Source: Blastocystis sp. Blastoise (lineage: Eukaryota; Protista; Bigyra: Opalinata). From it: a stretch of 64,000 bases of DNA. Below are positions 1 to 24,712 of this stretch, one piece after another; the stretch's first letter is position 1, and each line of letters begins with the position of its first letter. A program made the translations under genes and the position numbers. The notes under the pieces are model-generated. The model ran no database searches, was not told the DNA's origin, and worked only from the letters and a program-made list of their open reading frames with translations. The stretch is taken from the NCBI GenBank assembly GCA_039096225.1, contig JBBPEB010000014.1, positions 2,170,001 through 2,234,000 of the forward strand. Reading direction: 5' to 3'.

Positions 1-2630
<2,630 letters not shown>

Positions 2631-3842
2631 ATGTATTTGATTTATGTTGTACACAGATGAATAATGAGGATTCTCGTATTAAAGAAATTCTGCTTAAAAA
2701 AGAATAATGTGAATTCAACATTTTTCAGTTATTATCAAAATTCTTTATTTACTCTTTTTCTCTAAATATAACATTATATTTTACATTTACTTATAATACA
2801 GAAGTTTACTATGCTTAGTAAATATTGATGATCATATGAAATAATCATTAAAGAAATTGATTAATTGAATTATTTTTTATTTCATTTTATTATTGCTGAT
2901 TTGATAAATAAATATTAAAAATTATTCTTTTACATTTAAAATGAATGAATATTATTATTCTATGATAACTTAATCATGATCTATTTCAAAAAACATAATT
3001 TCAAAAAATATCATTTTATATTTTATGACAGTTCAACTATTATGCATGCAAATATTATGTATTTAAAAAATCATTAGAAAGAGTATTCATTGTTCCATTT
3101 TATATAGATTGCAATAGTTTATTCATAACGATCTTGTGAATTGAGTGTATTCAATACTATAAACTCTTTCAAGTATGCTTGATATATTATGTAGAAAAGA
3201 AAAGTATTTTAATTGCAAAACCTTCTTTCTTTTTTATACATGTCGAATAACTATATATTTAATAACAAAATACTTATTCTTGTTTTATCACAAAAATCTG
3301 CATGTATACTATATGATGAATATGAAGAACTCTTCAGATCCTCAAAAAAAAGCTGATCGTCAGTACTTCATGATTTCTTACGATAATAAATAACTGATCT
3401 TCATCTGTCCACTATTTCAATTTGATAATATGTAGGTCTTCCGTTACATATATACCCTTGATTTCATTTCTAAGGAATAAAACTCGTAAATTAGTGATTC
3501 TGCCTCAAAAGTCAAACGTATTGCTTTGAATAGTTTATCATTCTATAACTCATAGAAATATTATCGGAATATGCAACTATTATTCTTTTTAATCATCGAA
3601 AAAGATAAGAAAAAATATTTTTAGAAACGGTAGAAAAAACCGTGGAGATATTCAAATCGAATGAAACAGATATAATACTAGGTTTTTGTTACTTTTTTTA
3701 TTCTATGTTGATTGGATGCTTATTAATCAAAATTGATTGTTTTACTAGGATTGATGGTTCTAGAATAATACAGAATATCAAATTATTATTTACATAATAA
3801 TTTTCTTACTTGCTTTTGTTAGAATTAAGAAGGCTATTAGAA

Positions 3843-4787
3843 ATGGCTGAGAACCACAATGAGCATCTTCATGGTGAAGTAAATATAAGTGCTATTAGAG
3901 AGAATGGAGTTCAAAATGTAGCGATCCCTTACTCAATCAAGTACAAAGAATCGTTTACGTTTGATGAAGATATACTGAACAAAATAAATGCTGCTGATTA
4001 TCCTAAGATATTAGCACTAATGACTCCATTATTCTTGTTTTGTTTCTCTAAGATATATCCATGGTTAGATTTATTTTTAGCAAAGAAAACAAAACAAATA
4101 ATCACTGATGGCACTACAGTATATATGAATATATACTTTTGAATATATTGTGATTATTATTTTTAGGGCCAAAATAATGATACAAAAATAAACGCTATTA
4201 AAACCCCAAATGGAGAAATACTCTATGAATATCAGTATATATGCATATTTTATGATTATAGTTATGATTATATTTATTATACTTATCTTTATGATTATAC
4301 TTATTATAGTTATTATTTTTTTTTATGATTAAAGTTATTATAGTTATTATAGTTATTATAGTTATTTTATGGTTTTACTAATTATACTTATTATTCTTTT
4401 TTATGATTATACTTATTGTAATTATTTTTATATTATAGTTATTATACTTATTTTTGTGATTATTTTATTATATACTTACTATTATTATTAGAGGTCAATT
4501 ATTTTCTATGAATGAGATCAGTATTTGTATATTATTATATATCTGTAATGTAAATCCCTCTCTTTTTGGTCCTGTATATATATATATATATAATGTTTAC
4601 CTATATTCAATTAATAAATATACTTAAACTATATTCATTTAGCTTTTTGGAAGATATGATTTCTTCTCGAATAATGTTGAGCAGCTAATCAATTCATTAC
4701 CTGTATGTATCTAATATACTTATAATAATATTATTATTATGTTTTATGTATTTATCAGTTTATTATTCTTTGCTCTTAAATCGATTT

Positions 4788-4848
<61 letters not shown>

Positions 4849-5735
4849 TAATCTTTTTAATGTTATAGGGGAACATGAGAATTAAACAAATGGAATGGAA
4901 AACCATGAAAATACGAACTCAAGAAATGAATTATCTTTTTCCTATTATTACATTAGATGAAAATCAATTATATAATTATAATTTTTATAGAAAGGATAAT
5001 TATAATGAAATCTATTTTTTCTATAAAAAACTCTATCGTGAAATTTATGCCAAGACTGTAGTAATTAAAATGAATCCAAAAAATCATATGTATTTTTCAT
5101 TTAATAACAGTACTTATACATTCGAGAATTTGCCTACAAGATATGATTATCTAGATTCCCCAGAAACAAAACAAAAAGGAAAATCTAAGTCAAAATCAAA
5201 AACTAGTGTCCGAAATAAAAAGATTATTCCACTTAATAATAATAATAATAACGATAGTGGTAATACTTTATGTAATGATTATCAATTAAATCAAAACATA
5301 GTTTCTAGTTCACCAAATAATGAGAATGTTCCTTCTAATGGCACTGCTATTAATAATATAATTACCCAAAATGAAATGGTAACAGCTACTGTATCATCTA
5401 TTCAAGAAAAATCATTATATAGCCAAGAAAATAATTCAAATACTTCCTTTCAGTTACTTTCTCCATTATCTTATTTCGATAATAAAAAAGAATTAGATAC
5501 TTCTCACATAAATAATACTGGAAATACAGGATATATTAACCCTATACTATCTTCTGATAATACATCTATAATCTCAGCTAATGATAATACATATATACAA
5601 AATGGAATATCAATAACAGGTCAATCTTCTTATGATACTATATCTAATAATAAACAAACTCAAATGTCACAGGATTTTCTATTTGGATTTCCAGATTTAC
5701 AAGGACATTCTTTAGATTCTCCTTTCTATGATTAA
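3843..5735 (+). CDS. Hypothetical multi-exon protein with an Asn/Ser-rich low-complexity C-terminus
   Basis: ATG 3843 (MAENHNEH...), several GT-AG introns, long last exon 4869-5735 with a basic patch (KQKGKSKSKSK). No family recognised. Confidence 0.6.
4250..4485. repeat. Degenerate short-unit tandem repeat (TTATAGTTA / TTATGATTATAC) filling an intron
   Basis: Repeated ttatagttat, ttatgattat and ttatactta units. Confidence 0.7.
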
Positions 5736-7057
5736 TAATATTTTTATTATATATATGTTTTTTTGTTCTTCTATATATCCTTTCAACTATGCTTTTTCCT
5801 TCTTTCTACTTATATCTTCAACTCTAGAGATGAAGTGATACAAATATATTATCATTTAATATATATATAATATTATATTTCAATGTTATGGATTATTTAA
5901 ATTATAACAATATTTTATTCTATTTAAATATAGGATAAAATATATTGTATATTTTTTAGAAATAATGAAACTGCTATCAATATAATATTATTACTTTTTT
6001 TGTTGATACATTTATATATATATATTTTTTAAGTCAAACTTGTTTTAAGTAATAAATAGCATATATAGTAATATCTATCTCTTAATCTTATTATAGATTC
6101 TCTAATTATACATAAATTATTTTATCTTATCGTATTTTTATACAAATAACTAATTATCTATGTTAATTCCATATTTTTTATTCTCCTATTTTATAGAGTT
6201 ATATTTTTTTTCTATTTTTTTTATATTAAAAAAAATAAACTCTGTTTTTCCTTTCTTCTTCTTTATATATACATTCTATTGTTATTGTTTTTTTACTATT
6301 CAATTCTATAAATCATTTCTTAAAAATCACTCCAAGAATTATATTGTATTATTTCTCTATTTCTCTATTTTATACCACTCCTTTTAATTTTATAAAGAAT
6401 GCATTAATAAGTGTATTAATAAGTGTAATAACATAGTTATTCTGCTATTTGAACATAATGAATGAAAGTTTTATACATACTTTATAGAACTCATTATACT
6501 TATTCATTATATATATATACACAATGTATAAACTAAATGACCTGTACTATTATAAAGTGCTTAAAACGTTGAAATTGCTAGTTTTAAATATATAAAAGAA
6601 TTATTGAATATCGTTAACCTAAGAATATATAATAATAATAATTCTTTTATTATTAATATTATTGATTAATATCGCGAATATGTAATATAATGTTTAATCA
6701 AAGTATCTTCTATGATGATAAATATTATTTGGGAATATACACATAAATATTCTTTTATAATTCTAAAGTATTTGCTATTTTTTGTAATTTGTTTTTTGTA
6801 ACTATTTATAATATTCATTTCTTTAATACTCTTAAAAGCCATTGTTTATAATTGATTCTTTAAATAATATATTGTTTATGTGAATAAATTAATAAAAAAA
6901 ATAATAAATGATTAACAAAATTCTATGTGTAAACTTTTGTTACTAACTTATATATATTAAGATATATGTAAAAAACATATTTATTACAAGAAAAAAAAAT
7001 ATATATATATACGAATATGAATATCAATAAATGAATATATATATATAATAGAATTAT

Positions 7058-8554
7058 TTACGCTCTTCCCCATACTTCATAATCTTCTACTATAAAGTAA
7101 TTAGGAGAATGAGCATCAGAAGTATTTACAAATAATGATGATTTTTGAGGAGTATTCACAATATCATAACATAATCCATAACAATAAGATTCTTTTTTAG
7201 TATGGCATCGGTCACATATATACATATCGGATTTTTTATTTGGATATCCAAATGTAGGACCATAAAAAGAATCACAATATATACCCCAATTGTTACAACT
7301 ATATTTATAATCATACTTAGTCGGAGGAATATCATGTTCATTACTTAAAGTGAATAGAAACTCTTTTGAATAAGGTTTATAAGTTTGAAATTCAGATGTC
7401 CAATCTTGATCTGTATATCCTCCAAATATATTAATCTTATTATTATGACCTATATGTTTGATTATAGTCACTGTTTCTCCTTTATGATTACAATTATCAT
7501 GAAAACTACTAATTGAATAATTGTGTTCACTTGCTCTAAATAATAATTTCCATTTCTTTTCTTTACCAAGCCAATTTACTAAGGGAGTTTCAGTAGTAGG
7601 ATCTACTATACGTGAGTGTGAAAATGAGAAATTAATGTTCCATCCATTCTTTACACTATTTCTTCCTTGATCACCAAACAAACCATACATTTCATTTTCT
7701 AATAATTCTTTATTTATATTTTGTATCTCCTCTTCAGAAATATAAATACAATTATTTTTGATATAGTCATCAATATAATCAATATATGCATAATTCATCT
7801 TCAAAAGCATTTCGTTGTTCTTTTCATCAAAATATACGTATCCATCATTATATCCATTAATAATCTTATTCCATAATCCATTCTTCTTCCAATAATATCT
7901 TAAGAGTTCATCCTTTTTACCATTAATAAAAAGCATCACTTCATCACCTTCTTTATATAATACCTTATGATCTCTTCTACAATAAGTTTTCATTAATTCT
8001 TCAGGAATAGGTAATTCATAATATTCAAATAAACTCAATAATTCAAGTTGATCTTCATAGGAAAAAGAAACAATATTAACTTTCTTATTCATTAAAGAAT
8101 CAATTAATAAAGGAGCTACTGTTTCATCATAAGGATAATCTAAATAAGCTTCACCATCAACAGTTTTTTGATTCTCTTGACATTGTTCATATAAATATGT
8201 TCCTACTAAACTATTTGTTATTCTTTTAGGAAGAGAATAAACTGGACCATTATTCGTGAATCGAATATAATCAATTCCATTATCATTATTATTCATAGTA
8301 GAATCATTTTCATTCAGAAAAGAAGATTCTTGGATAATTATATGTGGATCATCACCATTCTTATCATTCATTGCTTCACAATTTCTTGTTAATCGATTCA
8401 CTAATTCATTCACTGACTCACCTGAATGAATACAGAAACTTATTGACTTACTTAAAATACCAATCAAATCACCAATCAGTCTTTCAAAATGAATTACATC
8501 CTTCTGAATATCACAAATCTTATTACCATCAAATTCTACCTTCTCTTTCACCAT
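7058..8554 (-). CDS. Intronless TLDc-domain protein with a BTB/POZ-like N-terminal region
   Basis: C-terminal TLDc motifs WKLLFRAS..FH..C..KG.TVTIIK, IFGGYT, FLFTL, GPTFG, DMYI, EDYEVW. First ATG at 8554 (MVKEKVEF). The BTB-like call is inference from the IRF...YSLP...DGEAYLD pattern. Confidence 0.85.
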   Translation of the reverse strand: MVKEKVEFDGNKICDIQKDVIHFERLIGDLIGILSKSISFCIHSGESVNELVNRLTRNCEAMNDKNGDDPHIIIQESSFLNENDSTMNNNDNGIDYIRFTNNGPVYSLPKRITNSLVGTYLYEQCQENQKTVDGEAYLDYPYDETVAPLLIDSLMNKKVNIVSFSYEDQLELLSLFEYYELPIPEELMKTYCRRDHKVLYKEGDEVMLFINGKKDELLRYYWKKNGLWNKIINGYNDGYVYFDEKNNEMLLKMNYAYIDYIDDYIKNNCIYISEEEIQNINKELLENEMYGLFGDQGRNSVKNGWNINFSFSHSRIVDPTTETPLVNWLGKEKKWKLLFRASEHNYSISSFHDNCNHKGETVTIIKHIGHNNKINIFGGYTDQDWTSEFQTYKPYSKEFLFTLSNEHDIPPTKYDYKYSCNNWGIYCDSFYGPTFGYPNKKSDMYICDRCHTKKESYCYGLCYDIVNTPQKSSLFVNTSDAHSPNYFIVEDYEVWGRA

Positions 8555-8905
8555 TCTTAACAATAAAAGAAAGAAAATAAAAATGAAAACTTTTTTAAAC
8601 ACTCTTTTTCTATCTTATATAGAGAAACTTGTTTCTCTAATTCAAAATTCCAGTTTAAAAAACTCATTTGTGAAATATATTCCTTTATAGCGTAAAATTT
8701 TATAATTATAGTAATAAATAATAATTCAATATATAAAAAAATCAACTACATAAAACATTAATTTATAATATATTAACTGTTATTATTCATTTTTCTCAAA
8801 TTAAACAACAGTAATAGTAAACATATAATTTATAGAAACGTTAATAATCATTAAAAAAGTGAGAATAAAAAGATATATGAATAGAAAAATACAAATATAA
8901 AAAAT

Positions 8906-10042
8906 TTACTTTTTTTCATCGAATTTAAAACACACATGGTTCTCTTGAATAAATAACGAATCCTCCAATTGTTTTTTATAAATATTAATTTGTTCATAAA
9001 TACTAGGATCTATAGAATTATGTATTATTATTATTTATTATCTATATACTAATAATAAAATAGAATTCTCTCAATTTTGGTATTTTCCCAGTAGTAATAA
9101 AATTGATAAGTTTTGAAAGGTGTTCTTCATCATAAATATCTATAAGAAAATTATATAAAGAAAATGAATAATATTTGTATACATATTTTTAGACTTTTTA
9201 TATTTTGAGTTTTATTCTCCTTTATACACTCAAATAACGTTTCCATCTCATATTTATTCATCGTTTTAGATTTTGTACCAATAATAGTATTCATAAATGA
9301 ATTACTATTATATTTACATCGAAGAATAGAATTATTAGGATCATAAAGCAAATATTTATCATAATATTCAAAAAATTCTCTAGAATAACACTAATATAAA
9401 TATGAATAGAATCATTATTTATGACATACTTCCTAATTGGACAATACTTGAGGATGGAAAGTTATTATTATTCATATATGTACAAATGGCTTTAATAAAA
9501 GAAATCCAAAATTGATCATCATCTTTATCTATATACAAAATATTTAATATAAATAATCATTATATAAAAATATATTTTTACATAAATATACATGATTTAT
9601 AATACAAAATATTATTATTATTATATATACAAATATTGATAGATTTTAATTGAGGGAAATTATCTGCTGTATATAGTTTGCAAAAAATATCCTCTGGTAT
9701 ATCTTTAATATCTAAATTAATATTCATAAAAAGATTAGGATGAAATGTAATATATTATTATTAAAATAATATGTATATTTAATATATAAACCTAGAAATA
9801 ATTCAGTTGTATTATGAAAACATCCTTTAGGAATTAATCGATTTATAAGAGTCATAGAACAATCTAATAATAATATGTCAATTAATTAAATAAATTATCA
9901 TTATACATAGTTGTTATATATATATATATATATATATATAATTACCTTTTATTGTAACAATAGAAGCCTTAGGAATTAGTTTCTCGAATATATTTTCATA
10001 TATAGTTAAAGCCTCCGATGATGAATCTTCATTTATAGATTC

Positions 10043-10082
<40 letters not shown>

Positions 10083-11023
10083 TATATATATATATATATA
10101 TATGTTTTATATTATAATATACCTTTAATCGTTAATTTATGAATAGTATTAAACTTATTATCATCAAAGAGAGTTGATATCCATGCTAAATACTCTATAC
10201 TTCGATGATCAACAACTATAGATATTATAAAAAGTATAATAAATACATATATATAATATACTTAAAATAGTTAACTCATTCAAATGTTCTAATACACTAC
10301 TCTTAAAAAATCTTTCTAATGAATTCCTGACATCAATTTCATCATAATCATCTATAAATGAATAAACATTAGTATTATTATTATATATCAACAATATATT
10401 TATTAATATATTTTATACATACCATTAAATGTTATATCTAAACAATCAATATTTTGATTATAATTTTCAATAGACTCAAACAAATGTATATTTGCAGAAC
10501 GAAAAGTATCAACTTTAAAGAATAGTATATGGAATATATACAATTAAAAATTAACAATTAAAAGAATAAAAAATATTTCATACTATAAAGATAATCAATT
10601 GAAATCAGATTTTTTGCTAATAACTCTTTTAGATGTGGGAAATAACAATTAAAATCATCTATATTATAAATAAACAAATATAATAATTATATATATATAG
10701 TATTATAATCATAAATGTAAAAATATATATAATACACATAATTATACCATTTATATCAATATGAATTGAATGTGTATAAACTAATTCATCTAATAGATGA
10801 CCTATTTCTTCTTCTTTATTATGAGCAATATTATTAATACGAATAGTATCAATCATAGATATTAAATTAACAGGAAATAGAGAATCAAAATTCTTTGTAG
10901 CTAAATTAAGAATATTAATTTATTTATTAATATATTAATATACTTATATAAATTATATAATTGATAATATGTAATTTAGGGAAGCATTCTTTCTTTATTA
11001 AAGATAATTTGAAACATTCTATA

Positions 11024-11109
<86 letters not shown>

Positions 11110-11124
11110 TATATATATAAATAC

Positions 11125-11163
<39 letters not shown>

Positions 11164-11287
11164 CATCATCATCATCATTATCATTATCATCATCATTATC
11201 ATTATCATCATTATCATCATCATTATCATTATCATCATTATCATCATCATCATTATTATCATCATCATTATCATCATCATCATCATT

Positions 11288-11328
<41 letters not shown>

Positions 11329-13035
11329 TATCATCATTATCATCATCACTATTATCATCACTATAATAATCATCATCACTATCATCTTCATCATCTTCAT
11401 AATCATATATAAGTTCAGTTACATTTGGAAATACATGAGTTGTCATTATTTTCATATACAGATTATCATCAATTTCATTAGCCAATATTTTTACTATATT
11501 GAATAATCATATTGATAATAGTAATAATAACTATAAAAAATAATACTCGATTTAACATTTAATGTAGTTAAAGAATCGAAAACACCTTCTTCAATAGATT
11601 TCAAAAAAATCATGGGATTAATTTGATCATACCAATCTAAAACAAAATAATATATTTATTATATCTATTTATTTACCTATATCAAAAATGATTTCTGAAA
11701 TAAACAAATAGGAAGCAAGAAGTAATAATTGAGATATACCATTCTTAGTAAATACTTTATCAATACTATTTATTATATTAGTATAAAATGTATAATGAAA
11801 AATAATATAATTATTTACGAGAATGATGTATCTTTTGTTTTATCTATATAATAATAATAAATTATATGATTTTAAAATATATATATACTATCATATACAA
11901 TACTGACTTCATCCTTAATTGTATATTGAACTTCTGTTTCATTAATTTCTATTTGTGAATAATCATTTGTATATAGAGCTTCATTAACTATATATTTATA
12001 TAATTTAGGTAATTCATTCTTTTCTCTCTTTCTATTATATATATCAATCATTTCCTGAGAATAATATAATTTATTCAGATCTAAAGTAGAAATCTTATTA
12101 TATTCATTCATCTCTGATTCAGTATAATATTCATATTCTTCAGGATTCTCTATTTCATAATCATATTCATTAAATAAACGAATATATTCCATTATATATT
12201 CATCACTATTTGGATTTAATAATAGTTCAGTCTTCTTATAATTTGTAATTACTATATATTATATATTGGTAACTAAATACATATATATATACCAATTATT
12301 TCTAATTTTTCTAATGATGGGAATATATCTTTAATACACGATGGACATATATATTCTAATGGAATATTCGAAGAATAATCATCTATATATATTATTATTA
12401 TTATTATTTTAATATATATATATACATTCAATCTCCACTCTAATAACATTCATCAATTTAAAAAGTAATGAATAATATAATATATCATCTTTTCGTTGAG
12501 GAGTAAATAAGTCTATATATATATATATATATATGAATACCTTTAATATGCATTTCTTTTCTATATGAACTGTATAAATCCATAATCATAGTTAATTTAG
12601 CATCTTCATTATTATATTCATATATATTATAATTATTATCTTTCAAATACCCTGCAAATAACTCTTTAACATGAAATAATAAATTACATTGAAACTCATC
12701 GTTAATCATAATTGAATATTCAACAAGTGTTTTATAGATATCATAACTATCTCTCAGATTTAAAGAAGAAACATCCACGTTATCTTCCATTAAAAAAGAA
12801 ATCACTTTTTCAATATGAAAAGGAAGCATATCTATATAATAGCTACCGTCACCATATTTTTCAGAGTGTCCAATAATATCATAAAAGGGAAATTGACGAT
12901 ATTTCTCAATAAATTCCCTAGGAACCCATAATTGCGTCTCATCTTGAAACGAAAACAAATCTATAAGAAAAATAAATATTTCTAATTTATTCAAATACAT
13001 TCATCTTCGCTTAGACTAGTTTCAGTTGCTGACAT
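8906..13035 (-). CDS. Lineage-specific multi-exon protein, paralog A (BTB-like N-terminus, FPxL LRR-like repeats, Asp/Asn tract)
   Basis: ATG 13035 MSATETSLSEDE|YLFSFQDETQLWVPREF..DGSYYID; repeated FPSL/FPNV/FPKL/FPQL motifs; ends QENHVCFKFDEKK-TAA at 8906. Colinear with 17998-22161. Confidence 0.75.
10841..12390. repeat. Copy 1 of a ~1.5 kb near-identical direct repeat (copy 2 at ~20060-21507)
   Basis: Exons and introns match almost base for base (identical 106-aa ORFs at 11872 and 20990, offset 9118), differing mainly in microsatellite length. Confidence 0.95.
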
Positions 13036-13372
13036 GACTCTAAATAAACAATGTTAACAATGGAATAACAAAATATAGAAAGAAAAGTATTTTCAAATAT
13101 AATTTTCAACATGTACAATAATTATACTTGATAGATTTATAAAATAAACAAAGAACAACTTATTAAACTTATAAAATAAAACAAGAACACTTTTTTTAAA
13201 CTAGAATCTAGTTTTCTTCTTATAATCACGGAATCTTTCCTCTTTAACAGTAAAAAAATAAATTTTTCTTATTCTTCTTTTTGAAGCAAATACTAGAATA
13301 TCTGTAATAATTCTGTTTTATGTATCATATTTTTGTCAGAAATATATAGATATATATATTAGTACTTTGAAA

Positions 13373-17514
<4,142 letters not shown>

Positions 17515-17997
17515 TACTGATTCTTTGTTATATATATATATTAGAATCTTTTTTATTCCCATTGGTTTATATATAAAAATAATATATCTATCAATATTTG
17601 TAATTTATGTATATATTTTTATTTGTTTAGAAAAAGTCTTGTTACTAAATATTATATTTATAAAATAATTATAGATTTTTGTAAGTTATTTTTTTTAAAT
17701 TTATCTAAGAAAACTCATTATTTAAAAAGTTAAATTAAAATGTGAAAGAAATAATCATTTCCTTTAAACAACTGCATCGAATTCAAAAAACATCGAATTG
17801 TTATATACTTGTTATTATAAGTTTTTTTATGTATATTGATAATTATTATTCCATTATTTTCAAATTAAACAATACTTTTATATATATATATAATGAATAG
17901 AAACGTTATGAATACTTAAAGAATATTAAAAAAATAAATTCATATTTAAACATAATAATAAGGATATAACAAATAAATATAGATATAGAAATGAAGG

Positions 17998-22161
<4,164 letters not shown>

Positions 22162-24023
22162 GACTTGTTAAACTATATAAACAAGCAACAATGAGACGAT
22201 AAAATGTGTAAAAAATGATATTTTTGTGGATATATAACGAATACATGCTTTAAACTTACCTTATTAAACTAAATTAATAAAATATTTTAATTATTTATGA
22301 ATAACAAAAATAAAAAAATATGAAATATAAGAGAGTTTCATTTCCATATATAGATATCTATTTAGAAAACTGTTCAAGTATTAAAATTCTAGTATTGCAT
22401 TTTCCCACGATTAAATGAAAGTTATATGAATCATGGTTATATAGTCAAAATAACTTGAAAAAGCTAAATAATTGTAATAAAAAATTTTTTACAAAAAAAA
22501 AATAAAATGGTTATTTCTTTGGTTTCTAGTCATATAATGAATTATTAGTATTGCTTTTGTTATAAACTACTTGTTGAGACAATTGTGAGGATAAACAAAT
22601 AATTCTAAGTAGATGATTTGTGCATAATAATCTGATATGCTGAATTGTTATCATGAAAACGTGTTGAAAATGGTTCCATTGTATGTAAGATAATGTGAAG
22701 ATAATCGTATAGACATATATATTTAGAAAATAAGAATATCAAGGAAAGAATTGTTGATAAATTTCACAAAATTGGAATTTGAGCATGCTACACAGATAGA
22801 CAAGATCATGAAGTCACATATTAAATAATTATAATCGAATTTAATGGTATTTAGAAATGAATATCTTCTTTATAACAGAATAAATGCTTCTCATCATATC
22901 TTTCATTTTATACTTTATTTTTACTGAAATAAAATTAATAAAGTGTCAATTAATGAAATAAATGATATTTATTTGATAATTTTGTAATAACTTACTATAT
23001 ATATATATATATAATATTTAATAGCCATTTATATATTATTTACCCTGTATAATCTTATACTCTTTTAAAAAACTCAAATATATATAAACAGAAACAGAAA
23101 CATAATCATTTAGTCAACTCTTCATTATATCTTCAAGTCATATAAAAAATAGGTAAATAGAATCCTTAGAAATAGTATATTTTTATACACAAAATTATTA
23201 TTATTAGATATGAGAAAACATAGCAAAAAATATATCGTTATAAGGAAAACACTTAGAAATTATCATCCTATTCATAATTAATAATGAACGACTAAGAAAT
23301 ATAATAGCAGCTATATATAAATCGCAATAATATTATTTTAAAATGTTAGATAAATAATTCTTTTTTGTTGAAAAATGAATTATATCTATGATATTACTTA
23401 TATAATAATCAAAATATATTATTATAATAAGATATATTTGTCTTTTCGATATATATTATTATTAGAAAAACTATATATATTTATTATTATTAAAGTATCA
23501 GTTTATTATATAGAAGTATTAAAATATATAAAATAAATAGTTTTCTTTATTATTTATGATTACAATGTTAAAAATTTTGGATTTTTCAGAATTTTTATTC
23601 TTTGGCATTATTCACAGCATTTCATACACAATTCTTTTACCAATATATTCATAAAAATACTGAGTACAACTAAATTTAACACGATCACTTATTTAATTTC
23701 TGAAAGTAAAACGAAATCAACATATTCATGTTTTACAAATCATCCCTAGTATTTTTTGTATCTTATTAATAGTTGAAACTGAATTCAAGTTGAAATTGTC
23801 ATCAATTTATGATATTACAAAGCATAAGAAAATGAGAATCCTAAAAGCATTTCACTCCCTCCACATACTCAATAAGCTTTTACACTGAGATAGCAGTTAT
23901 TCATATAAAAAACTAAGACCAAAAATTTATAGTTTTTTTACAGTTTTCTTTTAAATAACAAAAATTTTTATATTTTCTTTTGTTATACAACTGTTTAAAG
24001 TTTATTTATTTGTGCTGTAGAGA

Positions 24024-24294
24024 ATGGAGAACGAAGACTTTGTCTATTTGAACCAGTATATGAATAGTTTTATGATTTTTAAATCAATTGTGTAGTCCAT
24101 CTGTTCTTCATTTGTTACCGGAACAGCAACAATTATTTATCAAGAATGAATCTAAGGATATTGGTATTAGAATAATCGATCAATTTGTTGATATTCTTCA
24201 TTCTAAAAAACGTAATGGTGATGAATTCACTGGTAGGCATTTTCACGGATATCAAAAAAACGACAAATTCGAAAAAGTAAGCAAAAAAATTTAA
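24024..24294 (+). CDS. Possible small two-exon hypothetical protein (~76 aa)
   Basis: ATG 24024 MENEDFVYLNH, a GTATAT...GTAG intron, then in-frame PSVLHLLPEQQQ...KVSKKI-TAA. Confidence 0.35.
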
Positions 24295-24342
24295 GACTTT
24301 TTCAGCCAGTTACACTTATAGATGCAATATTATTATAATAAG

Positions 24343-24513
24343 ATAATTGGATAATTTCAAGCTTTTATCCACTACAATTGCATTAATTGTCCAATAGTTT
24401 TGATTGAAAAAATCTAGAAATTTCTTGTTAGTATCTTTATATATTATAATTGGATCATTTAAAAAATTTAACCACTAGAATTGCAATAATTGACCAATAA
24501 TTTTGCTTGAAAC
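24343..24513. repeat. Two diverged ~70-bp direct repeats (spacing ~103 bp), each with an ATTGG...CCAAT inverted pair
   Basis: ataattggataatttcaagcttttatccactacaattgcattaattgtccaatagttttgattgaaa versus ataattggatcatttaaaaaatttaaccactagaattgcaataattgaccaataattttgcttgaaa. Confidence 0.8.
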
Positions 24514-24712
24514 AACAAGATATTTAATCATTATAATAGACTTTTAAACATTTTATATTTCGATTATAATAATAGAAATGTATTTATATTGTTTTTTTAA
24601 TATTTTTTAAAAGTGTAAACAAAGCAATTAGTTTAAATATGTATAAAAATAATTAATTAATATTATAACAAAAAAAAAATCAAATATAAAAAGAATAAAT
24701 ATTTGTTTTTAT

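Noticed and set aside
3175-3800. Short ORF and coding-like fragments upstream of the 3843 gene
   Set aside because: Could not build a consistent spliced frame; no recognisable motif.
10352-10422. Apparent GT-TG intron in paralog A (TATATTG where paralog C has TATATAG)
   Set aside because: Phase analysis puts the real acceptor at the downstream TTTATAG after an ACTAAT branch-like motif in both paralogs, so the intron is canonical.
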